Source: Candidatus Eiseniibacteriota bacterium
GTDB taxonomy: Bacteria; Eisenbacteria; RBG-16-71-46
Assembly (NCBI GenBank): GCA_031370785.1
Contig: JANMQY010000140.1
Location: 1 to 64,000 of the forward strand
Reading direction: 5' to 3'
DNA: 64,000 bases
Position 1 is the stretch's first letter, and every line of letters begins with the position of its first letter. Below are positions 1 through 8,506 of this stretch, one piece after another. The position numbers and the translations under genes are program-made. The notes below the pieces were generated by a model that was not told the DNA's origin, made no database searches, and worked only from the letters and a program-made list of their open reading frames with translations.

Positions 1-752
1 CCCGCGGCGACGAGGCTCGCGAACAGCAGGCGTCCGATGCGCGAGTCGGGGGTGGTGCGCGGGTCCGAGATCATGAAGAACGCGAACAGGAGGAACGCGC
101 CGTTCTCCACCTGATGCAGCGGCACGGTGAACTTCTGGCCGAGCCACAGCGAACGCCCGAACAGGATCGCGCCGTAGGCGATGAGGAACGCGAACGTCAC
201 GTCGCTGCGCGCGGCGCGGTTGACCACGAGCCCGCCGAGGCACGCCATCAGAAACGCGAAGAACGCGACGTTGCCCCACTGGCCGGGCGACACCCACCCG
301 TTCCCCGTGATCAGCATCGCGACCACCGCGAAGTTGGTGGGGTTGAAGAGGTGCTTCCCGCGCCAGCGCAGCACGAACTTGCACAGGATCGCGAGGGTCG
401 CGGCCAGCGCGGCCACGAGCAGGCTGTTGGTGCGCAGCAGCAGGCACAGCGAGAGGCCCGAGATCAGCGCGCTCCTGGGATCGAACGCCGGGAGCTTCCA
501 CAGCCGCGTGCACGCCCACTGCGCGAACAGCGCGGTCGCCAGCGTGATCGCGGCCTGCGGCGGGCGGATCTCGAAGTCGAGCCAGGACATTCCGTAGACC
601 AGCAGCCCGGCCAACGTACCGATCTGCCACAGGCGCGGATCGAGCCGGCGAGGCGCGGTGGCGGTCGCGATACGTGGGGTCGCGTGAGGGACCGTGGCCG
701 CGACGGGCGCAACGGTTTCGGAGCGCGGGATGTTCGGTCGATCGGGTCTCAT
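1..752 (-). CDS. RnfD/NqrB-like integral membrane protein (partial; 3' end runs off the window)
   Basis: Translated by hand (absent from the ORF track): MRPDRPN...RLDPRLWQIGTLAGLL...SALISGLSLCLLLRTN...KHLFNPTNF...FFMISDPRTTP. The H.FNP and F.M.sDP.T.P motifs are typical of the RnfD/NqrB family. GGAGG RBS precedes the ATG at 752. Confidence 0.75.
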   Translation of the reverse strand, partial: MRPDRPNIPRSETVAPVAATVPHATPRIATATAPRRLDPRLWQIGTLAGLLVYGMSWLDFEIRPPQAAITLATALFAQWACTRLWKLPAFDPRSALISGLSLCLLLRTNSLLVAALAATLAILCKFVLRWRGKHLFNPTNFAVVAMLITGNGWVSPGQWGNVAFFAFLMACLGGLVVNRAARSDVTFAFLIAYGAILFGRSLWLGQKFTVPLHQVENGAFLLFAFFMISDPRTTPDSRIGRLLFASLVAA

Positions 753-850
753 GATGCCTCCCAATACTCCGGTCCGAGGGATTTCGTCCCTGGGCGCTTT
801 TCCAGCGGGAGGATTTGGGAGATCCGAATCGGCGACCGCGCGGTGCGTAT

Positions 851-866
851 TGCATCTCGCATGCCG
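851..866 (-). promoter_or_regulatory. Putative sigma54 (-24/-12) promoter for the RnfD-like gene
   Basis: Minus strand reads CGGCATG-CGAG-ATGCA, with GG and GC at the TGGCACG-N4-TTGCA spacing, about 100 bp upstream of the start. Confidence 0.4.
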
Positions 867-1048
867 CACGCGGCGCACCGCGAAGTCCGTGCGCCGCACG
901 CCGCGTTCCGGCGCACCGATGCGCAGAGTGTTACGCGGTGCGTGGACCCATCGTCACCGGGTGACGGAGCGGGTGACACTCGTTCCCAAACGATCGAGCC
1001 CCCCGCGATCTCTCGCGAGGGGCTCGGGTGCCGATCGGCTCGGCGACG

Positions 1049-1525
1049 TCAGCTGCGCGGCGGCGAACTCGAGCTGCTGTCTCCATTGCGCGGCTTGACG
1101 ATCTGCGACCCGATGAGCAGCGCCAGACCCACCGACGCTGGGATGATGCCCACCAGCCACACCGCCTTCTCGTCCTGGCCGTCCGCCACCTGGCTCAAAA
1201 ACACTGCGAGCGCGATGCCGACGAACAGGGTGATCAGCCCGCCGATCATCAGGTTCTGCGAACGACGCCTCGAGTAGTCGGCGTACGACATGTACATGCT
1301 CGCCAGGTCGTGATCGTGGCCGCTGGTCGCGATCGGCATGGGCGGAAGCTTGCTCGGGTCCACGCCACGCTCGATCGCCGCGATGCGTTCGCGCTGGGCG
1401 AGTTCGAGCAGGCGCTGCTGGCCGAGGGTGCGGACGATTCCCGCGGTGATGCCGCCGGCGATGGCGACGATCGGGACCGCGAAGATCAGAAACGGAACGA
1501 AGTCGCCGCCGTCGAAGCTGAACAT
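1049..1525 (-). CDS. DUF6249-like membrane protein, divergent from the ECF sigma factor
   Basis: MFSFDGGDFVPFLIFAVPIVAI...ERIAAIERG: N-terminal TM helix, ER.AAIE.G motif and two C-terminal TM helices. GGAG RBS before the ATG at 1525. Confidence 0.7.
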   Translation of the reverse strand: MFSFDGGDFVPFLIFAVPIVAIAGGITAGIVRTLGQQRLLELAQRERIAAIERGVDPSKLPPMPIATSGHDHDLASMYMSYADYSRRRSQNLMIGGLITLFVGIALAVFLSQVADGQDEKAVWLVGIIPASVGLALLIGSQIVKPRNGDSSSSSPPRS

Positions 1526-1584
1526 GGGGAGGGGCTCCTTTTTGGTGATTCGGGTCGAGATGGCCGGTTTCCCGGCGGTTCGCA

Positions 1585-1618
1585 AGGTTGGACCGGACGC
1601 GCAGTGCGCCGGGTTTCA
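1585..1618 (-). promoter_or_regulatory. ECF-type promoter, copy 1 (faces the DUF6249-like gene)
   Basis: Minus strand TGAAACCC-N16-GGTCCAACCT. Confidence 0.75.
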
Positions 1619-1690
1619 GGAATTTCGTCCAGTGTTGGTTCCTTCAGCCTTTAGAGTGCCAGCGTCGGCCGGCTGGCCGGCGTTCATCGA

Positions 1691-1722
1691 ATTGGACCTA
1701 AGTCCCGGTCCGCCAGGTTTCA
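1691..1722 (-). promoter_or_regulatory. ECF-type promoter, copy 2 (faces the DUF6249-like gene)
   Basis: Minus strand TGAAACCT-N16-GGTCCAAT, same spacing as the other copies. Confidence 0.65.
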
Positions 1723-1755
1723 GAAACCTCGAGCAAGGAAGGCCGCCGATTTCTC

Positions 1756-1789
1756 TGAAACCCGAGTCCCCACTCCGCCGGTCCAACCT
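1756..1789 (+). promoter_or_regulatory. ECF-type promoter, copy 3 (autoregulatory, faces the sigma gene)
   Basis: Plus strand TGAAACCC-N16-GGTCCAACCT immediately before the sigma coding region. Confidence 0.75.
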
Positions 1790-1790
1790 A

Positions 1791-2369
1791 GGTGTCGGAA
1801 CCCTGTCCGGCGCCGACCGCGAGGTCGAGGCGGGCGAGGGAGCGGACGACGAACTGGTCGAGCGGGCGCGCTCGGGTGACGCCGAGGCGTTCCGCGATCT
1901 GGTGGATCGGCATCGCGATCGGGTGTACGGGCTGGCGCTTCGGATCGTGCGCTCGGCGGCGGACGCGGAGGATGTGGCGCAGGAAGCGTTCGTTCGCGCA
2001 TGGGTCGCCCTGCCGCGGTTTCGCGGCGAGTCGACTTTCATGACCTGGCTGCATCGAATCGTGGTCCGCCGCTCATTCGACCGGCTCGAACAGCTGAAGC
2101 GCCGGCGCGGACGCGAAACCGGGCTGGAGGACGCGGGCGAGCTGCCTGCGTTCGGCGGCGGGGATCCGAGTGCGACAACGCGGGCGCGACGACTGGAGCT
2201 GCTGATCGCGACACTGGCGCCGATGCAGCGCGCGGCGGTGACCCTGTTCTACTATGAGGACCGGTCGGTCGAGGAAGTGGCGCGCACGCTGGGCCTGCCG
2301 GAGAACACGGTGAAGACGCACCTGTCGCGCGCACGCGCGGCGCTGCGCGACGGGTGGACGAGGGCCTGA
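1791..2369 (+). CDS. ECF (sigma-70 group 4) RNA polymerase sigma factor; start codon uncertain
   Basis: DDELVERARSGDAEAFRDLV...AEDVAQEAFVRAW...FRGESTFMTWLHRI (region 2) and SVEEVARTLGLPENTVKTHLSRAR (region 4 HTH). Confidence 0.9.
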   Translation, partial: GVGTLSGADREVEAGEGADDELVERARSGDAEAFRDLVDRHRDRVYGLALRIVRSAADAEDVAQEAFVRAWVALPRFRGESTFMTWLHRIVVRRSFDRLEQLKRRRGRETGLEDAGELPAFGGGDPSATTRARRLELLIATLAPMQRAAVTLFYYEDRSVEEVARTLGLPENTVKTHLSRARAALRDGWTRA

Positions 2370-2932
2370 TGGAGACACAGCGAATGAACTGCGAAGCGTT
2401 CGAGCGCTGGCTGGACGACGGTCGCCTCGAGACCAGCGAGCCTAAGATGCACGCGCACGCCGCGGACTGCGCGCGCTGCGGGGCGGCACTCGCCGCGATG
2501 CTCGAGCTCGAACACGCGCTCGAGAGCGCCGCGACCCCGGCCCCGCTGCACTTCACCCGGCGCGTGATGAGCAGGGTCAGCGAGCAGCGCGCCCGCGCCG
2601 CCGACCGCATGGTCGAGCCGGCTTTCGCGTGGTGGGTGCGGGTGGCGGCCGATCCCGCAGCAGCGCTCGCGCTGGTGGTGGCGGCATTGCTGCTGTGGCG
2701 CGGCGAAGCAATGTTGCGGGCGGGCCTCGCGCTCACCGCAAACGTGGCCCAGTTGGCCACCGCCGCCGGCCGCGCGACACCCGCGCTGCCCGCGCCGCTC
2801 CAGGTTCCCTACGTCTCGCTCGCCTTTGCGCTCGCGATCGCACCGCTCGCGTTATGGGGGGCGTTCCGGCTCTATGCATGGGGAGAGAGGGCGTGCGCGC
2901 CTCGAGTCGAGCCCGCTGCGCGTCGCGCCTGA
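2369..2932 (+). CDS. Zinc-finger (ZAS) membrane anti-sigma factor
   Basis: TGATG overlap with the sigma stop; MNCEAFE...HAADCARC (HxxxCxxC) followed by hydrophobic helices. Confidence 0.8.
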   Translation: METQRMNCEAFERWLDDGRLETSEPKMHAHAADCARCGAALAAMLELEHALESAATPAPLHFTRRVMSRVSEQRARAADRMVEPAFAWWVRVAADPAAALALVVAALLLWRGEAMLRAGLALTANVAQLATAAGRATPALPAPLQVPYVSLAFALAIAPLALWGAFRLYAWGERACAPRVEPAARRA

Positions 2933-3016
2933 CCGCCTGTGCAAGGCGCTAAAGCCTCGCACAGACTCACACTTCACTGACACGGCGCGCCCGCGCTACA
3001 CGTATACTGCGCGCCC

Positions 3017-5359
3017 ATGTTCCGCTCCCCGCCTGGCAAGCCTGAAGACCAATCCAGCCTGCGCCGAAACGCCGTGCGCCTCGCGATCCAGCTTTTCGTC
3101 CTCGTCCTGGCGCTGATCGGGTCGCTCCTGCTGTGGCGCTCGCATGCCGAGCCGCCGGGCCGCTCGGCGCGAACCACGGTGTTGCCGCCGCTGATGGCCG
3201 CCGTGCTCGGCGTCGGTCACGCCGCAAATGAGAAGCGCAAGCCCAACCGCCTGATTCACGAGAAGAGCCCGTACCTGCTCCAGCACGCCTACAACCCGGT
3301 GGACTGGTACGCGTGGGGCGAAGAGGCGTTCGCGCGCGCGCGGCGCGAGGACAAGCCGATCTTCCTGTCGATCGGCTACTCGACCTGCCACTGGTGCCAT
3401 GTGATGGAGCGCGAGTCGTTCGAAAACGACGAAGTGGCCGCGGCGCTCAACCAGTACTTCGTGTGCATCAAGGTCGACCGCGAAGAGCGCCCCGACGTGG
3501 ACCGGATCTACATGACCGCGATGCAGGCGATGGGCATGGGCGGCGGCTGGCCGTTGAACGTCTTTCTCACCCCCGAGCTGCACCCGTTCTTCGGCGGAAC
3601 CTACTTCCCGCCAGGCGCGAAATTTTCCGGCGCCGGCGGTTCCGGGCGCCCCGGACTTCTGGAGATCGCGCCGCAGGTGCACGAAGCCTGGACCACGCAG
3701 CGTGCCGCGATCGAAGAGTCCGGCCGTCGCGTGATCGACGCGCTCGATTCGCTGCGCACGCCCGAGGGCGGCTCGGCCGAGCGGCTGGCGCTGTTCGACT
3801 CGTGCGCGACCGCGCTCGCGGCCAGCGCCGACCCTGAGCACGGCGGGTTCGGCAATGCGCCCAAGTTCCCCTCGATCGTGAACCTCGACTTCCTGATGCG
3901 TTACTGGGCGCGCGATCCCGCCGGGCACGCCGGGGCGCGCAAGATTGCGCTTCGCCAGCTCGAGGCCATGGCCGCGGGCGGCATTCACGATCAATTGGGC
4001 GGCGGGTTCCACCGCTACTCGACCGACCGCGAGTGGCTGGCGCCGCACTTCGAGAAGATGCTCTACGACCAGGCGCAGATCGCGTGGGCTTATCTCGAGG
4101 CCTACCAGACCACCGGTCGCGCCGAATTCGCCGAGACCGCGCGCGATGTCTTCGCATACGTGAAGCGCGATCTCACTTCGCCCGATGGAGCATTCTGGTC
4201 TGCCGAGGATGCAGACAGCGAAGGCGAAGAGGGCAAGTTCTACGTGTGGACTCCGCGCGAGCTGGAGGCGGTGCTCGGCAAGGAGGACGCGGAGTTGATC
4301 GGCGACTGGTTCGACGTGACGCCGCGCGGCAACTTCGAGCACGGCACGAGCATCCTGCGCCGGGTGCGGACCCTCGATGACCTCGCCGCCCGCCATCACA
4401 TGGCGCCGGCCGACGCGCGCGCCCGGATCGAGCGCGCGCGTGCGGCGCTGCTCGATGCGCGCTCGAAGCGTATCAGGCCCTACCGTGACGACAAGGTGAT
4501 CGCGGCGTGGAACGGCCTCATGATCTCGGCTCTGGCGCGCGGCGCACGCGCGCTCGAAGATCCGTCGCTGGCGGACGCCGCGGCCCACGCCGGCGAGTTC
4601 GCGTGGACCAGGCTCTACAACGCCAAGCTCGGAGAGATGAAGCGGCGCTGGCGGGAGGGCGAAGCGGCGGGCGCGGGGCAGCTCGATGACTATGCGGCGA
4701 TCGCATTCGGATACGCCGACCTCTATCAGGCCACGCTCGACCCCAGGTGGCTCGAGCGCGCCGCGGCAGTCACCGAAGCCATGATCGCGCGCTTCTATGA
4801 CGAGAAGGACGGCGCGTTCTTCGAGAGCCCGGCCGGGGACCCAAGCATTGCGGTGCGCATGAAGGACGATTTCGACGGCGCCGAGATCGCGGGGAATTCG
4901 ATCGCGGCCTACGTCACCCAGCAGCTCTCGGTGCTGCTCGACCGTCCCGACTGGCGCGACAAGGCGCATCGAACCTTCGACTACTACGCACGGCGGCTGG
5001 GCGGCCATGCGGTCGCGATGCCGCGCATGCTGGTGGCGATGGATCTCGAGCAGGCCGTGCCGCGCCACATCGTGATCGCCGGCGACCCCACGGCCGCGGA
5101 CACCCGCGCGATGGTGCGCGAGTTCAACCGCCGCTTCCTGCCTCACGACCAGATCCTGCTGGTGGCGCCCGGCGAGAGCGCGAAGCATCTCGCAGGGCTC
5201 GTGCCTTTCACCGCGGCGCTTGCGCCGAAAGATGGCAAGGCGACGGCGTACGTGTGCGTGAACTACGCCTGCCAGCTTCCGACCACCGATACCCGCGCGT
5301 TCGCCGCGCAGCTCGACGCGCGGCCGCAGACTGCGCTCGCGGCGGGAGGCGAAAAATGA
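3017..5359 (+). CDS. YyaL/SSP411-like thioredoxin-domain protein with (alpha/alpha)6 barrel and an N-terminal hydrophobic segment
   Basis: [69 protein letters not shown]. Alternative GTG start at 3074. Confidence 0.9.
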   Translation: MFRSPPGKPEDQSSLRRNAVRLAIQLFVLVLALIGSLLLWRSHAEPPGRSARTTVLPPLMAAVLGVGHAANEKRKPNRLIHEKSPYLLQHAYNPVDWYAWGEEAFARARREDKPIFLSIGYSTCHWCHVMERESFENDEVAAALNQYFVCIKVDREERPDVDRIYMTAMQAMGMGGGWPLNVFLTPELHPFFGGTYFPPGAKFSGAGGSGRPGLLEIAPQVHEAWTTQRAAIEESGRRVIDALDSLRTPEGGSAERLALFDSCATALAASADPEHGGFGNAPKFPSIVNLDFLMRYWARDPAGHAGARKIALRQLEAMAAGGIHDQLGGGFHRYSTDREWLAPHFEKMLYDQAQIAWAYLEAYQTTGRAEFAETARDVFAYVKRDLTSPDGAFWSAEDADSEGEEGKFYVWTPRELEAVLGKEDAELIGDWFDVTPRGNFEHGTSILRRVRTLDDLAARHHMAPADARARIERARAALLDARSKRIRPYRDDKVIAAWNGLMISALARGARALEDPSLADAAAHAGEFAWTRLYNAKLGEMKRRWREGEAAGAGQLDDYAAIAFGYADLYQATLDPRWLERAAAVTEAMIARFYDEKDGAFFESPAGDPSIAVRMKDDFDGAEIAGNSIAAYVTQQLSVLLDRPDWRDKAHRTFDYYARRLGGHAVAMPRMLVAMDLEQAVPRHIVIAGDPTAADTRAMVREFNRRFLPHDQILLVAPGESAKHLAGLVPFTAALAPKDGKATAYVCVNYACQLPTTDTRAFAAQLDARPQTALAAGGEK

Positions 5360-7275
5360 GACGCCTTACGATCGCGCTCATCGGCGCCTCCCTGCTCATC
5401 GCGCCGCTCGCGCGCGCGCAGTTCGGCACGGTGCCGCCGGCGAAGGATCTGGTGCAGATCTCGGCCGACAAGGTGGTCGTGGGACCGGGCGGCCGCGCGA
5501 TGGCGCACGTCACGCTCACCGTGCTCAAGGGCTGGCACATCAACGCGAATCCCGCGGCGGACGAGAACTCGATCCCGACCGAAGTTTCGGTCGAGAGCGC
5601 ATCCGGCCTCACCTGCGGGCAGGCCGTCTATCCCAGGCCGCGCATCGAGAAGCTGGCGTTCAGCGATCAGCCGCTGCTGGTGTTCGACGGCTCGACCGTG
5701 ATTCAGGTGCCGGTGAGCGCCGCCGCAACCGCAAAGCCCGGCACGCACAGTCTCGCAGGTGTGGTGCGCTTCCAGGCGTGCAACGATCAGATCTGCCTTC
5801 CGCCGGCGAAGCTCAAGTTCGAGCTGGTGGTGGAGGCGAACCCCGCGATCTCTTCCTCCGGACCTTCCGCCGGTCTGCCGAGCGGCCAGACGCCGACGCG
5901 CGAACCGGTCGCGACCACACCCGCCCCCGGATCGACGCCGGCGGCGGGCGAGCTCACGACGCCCGATACCCGCAACAGCCTCCAGTCGAGTCGCGGGTTC
6001 ACGACCGCACCGCCAGTGGGAGGCGCCGGCGCGACCAGCGTTGCGGGCGGGCCGCTCGCCGATGTCCTCAATCGCGGTGGGTGGATCGCATACCTCTCGC
6101 TGTTCCTGATCGGGCTCGCGCTCAACCTGACGCCGTGCGTCTATCCCATGATCGGCGTGACCGTCTCGATCTTCGGAGCGCGCCGGGCCGCGCCGCCGCT
6201 CCAGGTGTTCGGCTCCGCGCTGCTCTACGTGCTCGGCATGGCGACGATGTACAGCGTGCTCGGCCTAGTTGCCGCATTTACCGGCGGGCTGTTCGGCGGG
6301 TTCCTTGCGAACCCGATCGTGCAGGCTGGCATCGGCGTGCTCCTGATCGCGCTCTCGCTCTCGATGTTCGGACTCTACGAATTCAACATGCCGCCCGCGC
6401 TGCTCTCGCGTCTGGGTGGCGTCGGGCCGACCGGAGCGATCGGCATCTTCGCATCGGGCCTCGTGGTCGGCGTGTTTGCCGCGCCGTGCATCGGCCCGCC
6501 GATCGTCGCGCTGCTCGGTGTGGTCGCGGCGCGCGGAGACCCGTGGTTCGGATTGAGCGCGTTCTTCACGCTCGCGATGGGTCTCGGGTTTCCCTACCTG
6601 CTGCTCGCCACGTTCTCGAACCTGATCTCCGCGCTGCCTCGCTCCGGCGAGTGGATGGTCTGGGTGAAGAAGGTGTTCGGCGTGATCCTCGTGGCGGTCG
6701 GGCTCAACTACATTCTGCTCTCGCTCGCTCCAAAACTCGCGGGATGGGTTCTGCCGACGGCCCTGATCCTGGGCGGTCTCTACCTCGGATTCCTCGAAAA
6801 AAGCACGTCACAGTGGAAGGGCTTTCGCCTACTCAAGTGGCTGGTGGGCGCGGTGGGGATCATCGCCGGCGCGGCCATCATCGCGCTCGCACCGTCGAGC
6901 CAGCTTCAGTTCGAGGATGGCACGCGCGCCGCGCTCGGCTCGTCCCTCAAGGGTGAGACGCCGGTGATGATCGAATTCTCGGCAGCCTGGTGCGTGCCGT
7001 GCCACGAGATGGATCGCACCACTTTCGCGGACCGGCGCGTGATCGCCGCGGCGCGCGGCTTCCGGGCATTTCGCGTGGACCTGACGCACTACGATTCGCC
7101 CGAGTCCGAAGAGTGGCGGCGCGAGTATGGCATCGCCGGCGTGCCGACGGTGGTGTTCGTGGCGCCGGGCGGGAACGAGGTGCGCGAGGCGCGAGTCGAA
7201 GGTGTCATGACCGCGGAAGAGTTCGTGAAGAGAATGGAGAGAGTCGCCGCGCTCGGACGCGCGGCCTCGCGCTAG
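5356..7275 (+). CDS. dsbD: Thiol:disulfide interchange protein DsbD (alpha, TM beta and thioredoxin gamma domains)
   Basis: ATGA overlap with the upstream gene; signal peptide; GWHINAN...[39 protein letters not shown]. Confidence 0.88.
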   Translation: MRRLTIALIGASLLIAPLARAQFGTVPPAKDLVQISADKVVVGPGGRAMAHVTLTVLKGWHINANPAADENSIPTEVSVESASGLTCGQAVYPRPRIEKLAFSDQPLLVFDGSTVIQVPVSAAATAKPGTHSLAGVVRFQACNDQICLPPAKLKFELVVEANPAISSSGPSAGLPSGQTPTREPVATTPAPGSTPAAGELTTPDTRNSLQSSRGFTTAPPVGGAGATSVAGGPLADVLNRGGWIAYLSLFLIGLALNLTPCVYPMIGVTVSIFGARRAAPPLQVFGSALLYVLGMATMYSVLGLVAAFTGGLFGGFLANPIVQAGIGVLLIALSLSMFGLYEFNMPPALLSRLGGVGPTGAIGIFASGLVVGVFAAPCIGPPIVALLGVVAARGDPWFGLSAFFTLAMGLGFPYLLLATFSNLISALPRSGEWMVWVKKVFGVILVAVGLNYILLSLAPKLAGWVLPTALILGGLYLGFLEKSTSQWKGFRLLKWLVGAVGIIAGAAIIALAPSSQLQFEDGTRAALGSSLKGETPVMIEFSAAWCVPCHEMDRTTFADRRVIAAARGFRAFRVDLTHYDSPESEEWRREYGIAGVPTVVFVAPGGNEVREARVEGVMTAEEFVKRMERVAALGRAASR

Positions 7276-7296
7276 CGAACTTCCAAGGAGGGAACG

Positions 7297-7779
7297 ATGC
7301 TCTACCTGGTACTCAAGCTCGTCCACATCGTCGCGGTGATCCTGTTCCTCGGAAATATCACGACCGGAGTGTTCTGGAAGGCGCACGCCGATCGAACGCG
7401 TGATCCGCGCATCATCGGGCACATGCTCGAGGGCCTGATCGCGAGCGACCGCTGGTTCACGATTCCGGCGGTGATCGTGATCGTGCTGGGCGGCGTGGGG
7501 GCCGCGATGGCCGGGGGCTTGCGCATGCTGCACGTCGGGTGGGTGCTGTGGCCGATCGTGCTGTTCGTCGTCTCGGGGTTTGCGTTTGGGCGCGGGGTCT
7601 CGCCGCTGCAGCGTCAGATGGCGCGCATGTTCCGCTCGGCCCCCGCCGACAGGGACCTCGACTGGGCCGCCTACCACAGGCTTTCGCGCGACTGGGCGTT
7701 CTGGGGAGCGATCGCGCTTGTCGCGCCCGCCATCGCGGTCGCGATCATGGTGCTCAAGCCGAACCTGCCTTCGTTGTAG
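7297..7779 (+). CDS. DUF2269-like integral membrane protein
   Basis: MLYLVLKLVHIVAVILFLGN...DRWFTIP...IMVLKP; GGAGG RBS. Confidence 0.75.
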   Translation: MLYLVLKLVHIVAVILFLGNITTGVFWKAHADRTRDPRIIGHMLEGLIASDRWFTIPAVIVIVLGGVGAAMAGGLRMLHVGWVLWPIVLFVVSGFAFGRGVSPLQRQMARMFRSAPADRDLDWAAYHRLSRDWAFWGAIALVAPAIAVAIMVLKPNLPSL

Positions 7780-7807
7780 GGCGCGCGCGGCGAGCGAGCC
7801 GACAGGA

Positions 7808-7843
7808 AAACGCCCCGGACCGTGGCTCGAGTCCGGGGCGTTT
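7808..7843. terminator. Bidirectional intrinsic terminator between convergent genes
   Basis: AAACGCCCCGGAC-loop-GTCCGGGGCGTTT perfect stem. Confidence 0.75.
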
Positions 7844-7859
7844 CGCTGGCCTGCCGTCG

Positions 7860-8354
7860 CTAGATCTTGAAGTTCCACCCCGCGATGATCTTGAAGTCGG
7901 GCATGTTGCCGATCCCGGCGCGGAATTCAGTGAAGAACCGGCTGCCGGCCTGAGTCGGGACGCCCGCGCCCAGCAGCAGCGTGCCGCCGACCTCGGTGTC
8001 GGAGTCGTTGCGGAACGGTGCGGGATTGTCGAACTGGTAGAAGGCGATCCCGATGCCGGCGCCCATGTAAGGCCGCCATCTGCTGCCCTGCACCAGGATG
8101 TGGTACTTGAGATCGAAGTTGAACTGCACGGTGGTGATGTTGTCGCCGATGCCGAGCTCGATATTGGGATCAAAGGTCACATCCGGAGCGACTTCGCCGA
8201 TCACGACCTGTCCGCCCAGCACGAGCTGGTCCGGATTGCTGCTGAGTCCGACGCGCGGACCCCATCCGCCGACCAGGGCCGGGGGTGCGGCATGCGCTGC
8301 GACCGGAATGACGAAAGCCAGCGCGAGGGCCGGCAGCAGGTTCTTCAGTCTCAT
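7860..8354 (-). CDS. Small outer-membrane beta-barrel protein
   Basis: Signal peptide ending AHA; amphipathic strands; WRPYMGAGIG; C-terminal aromatic GWNF. Confidence 0.75.
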   Translation of the reverse strand: MRLKNLLPALALAFVIPVAAHAAPPALVGGWGPRVGLSSNPDQLVLGGQVVIGEVAPDVTFDPNIELGIGDNITTVQFNFDLKYHILVQGSRWRPYMGAGIGIAFYQFDNPAPFRNDSDTEVGGTLLLGAGVPTQAGSRFFTEFRAGIGNMPDFKIIAGWNFKI

Positions 8355-8506
8355 CTCACTCTCCTTAGTGGGGCCACTGACGGGGAGCGTCGCGGCAGGC
8401 GGCAAGATAGGCAAAGCACCGGAGTGACGCAAATCGCCGCGGTTCGCGCCGTGCGCTATCCTGCTGCGAACTCAATCCATTCCGTCAGTCGTTCAGGAGG
8501 AACGCC

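Noticed and set aside
2996..5188. Long antisense or alternate-frame ORFs (also 26811-29594, 17021-19279, 40937-43351, 51088-52920, 59371-61338, 61369-63345)
   Set aside because: They shadow well-supported genes, are Arg/Ala/Gly-rich without motifs, and are expected from stop-codon scarcity at high GC.
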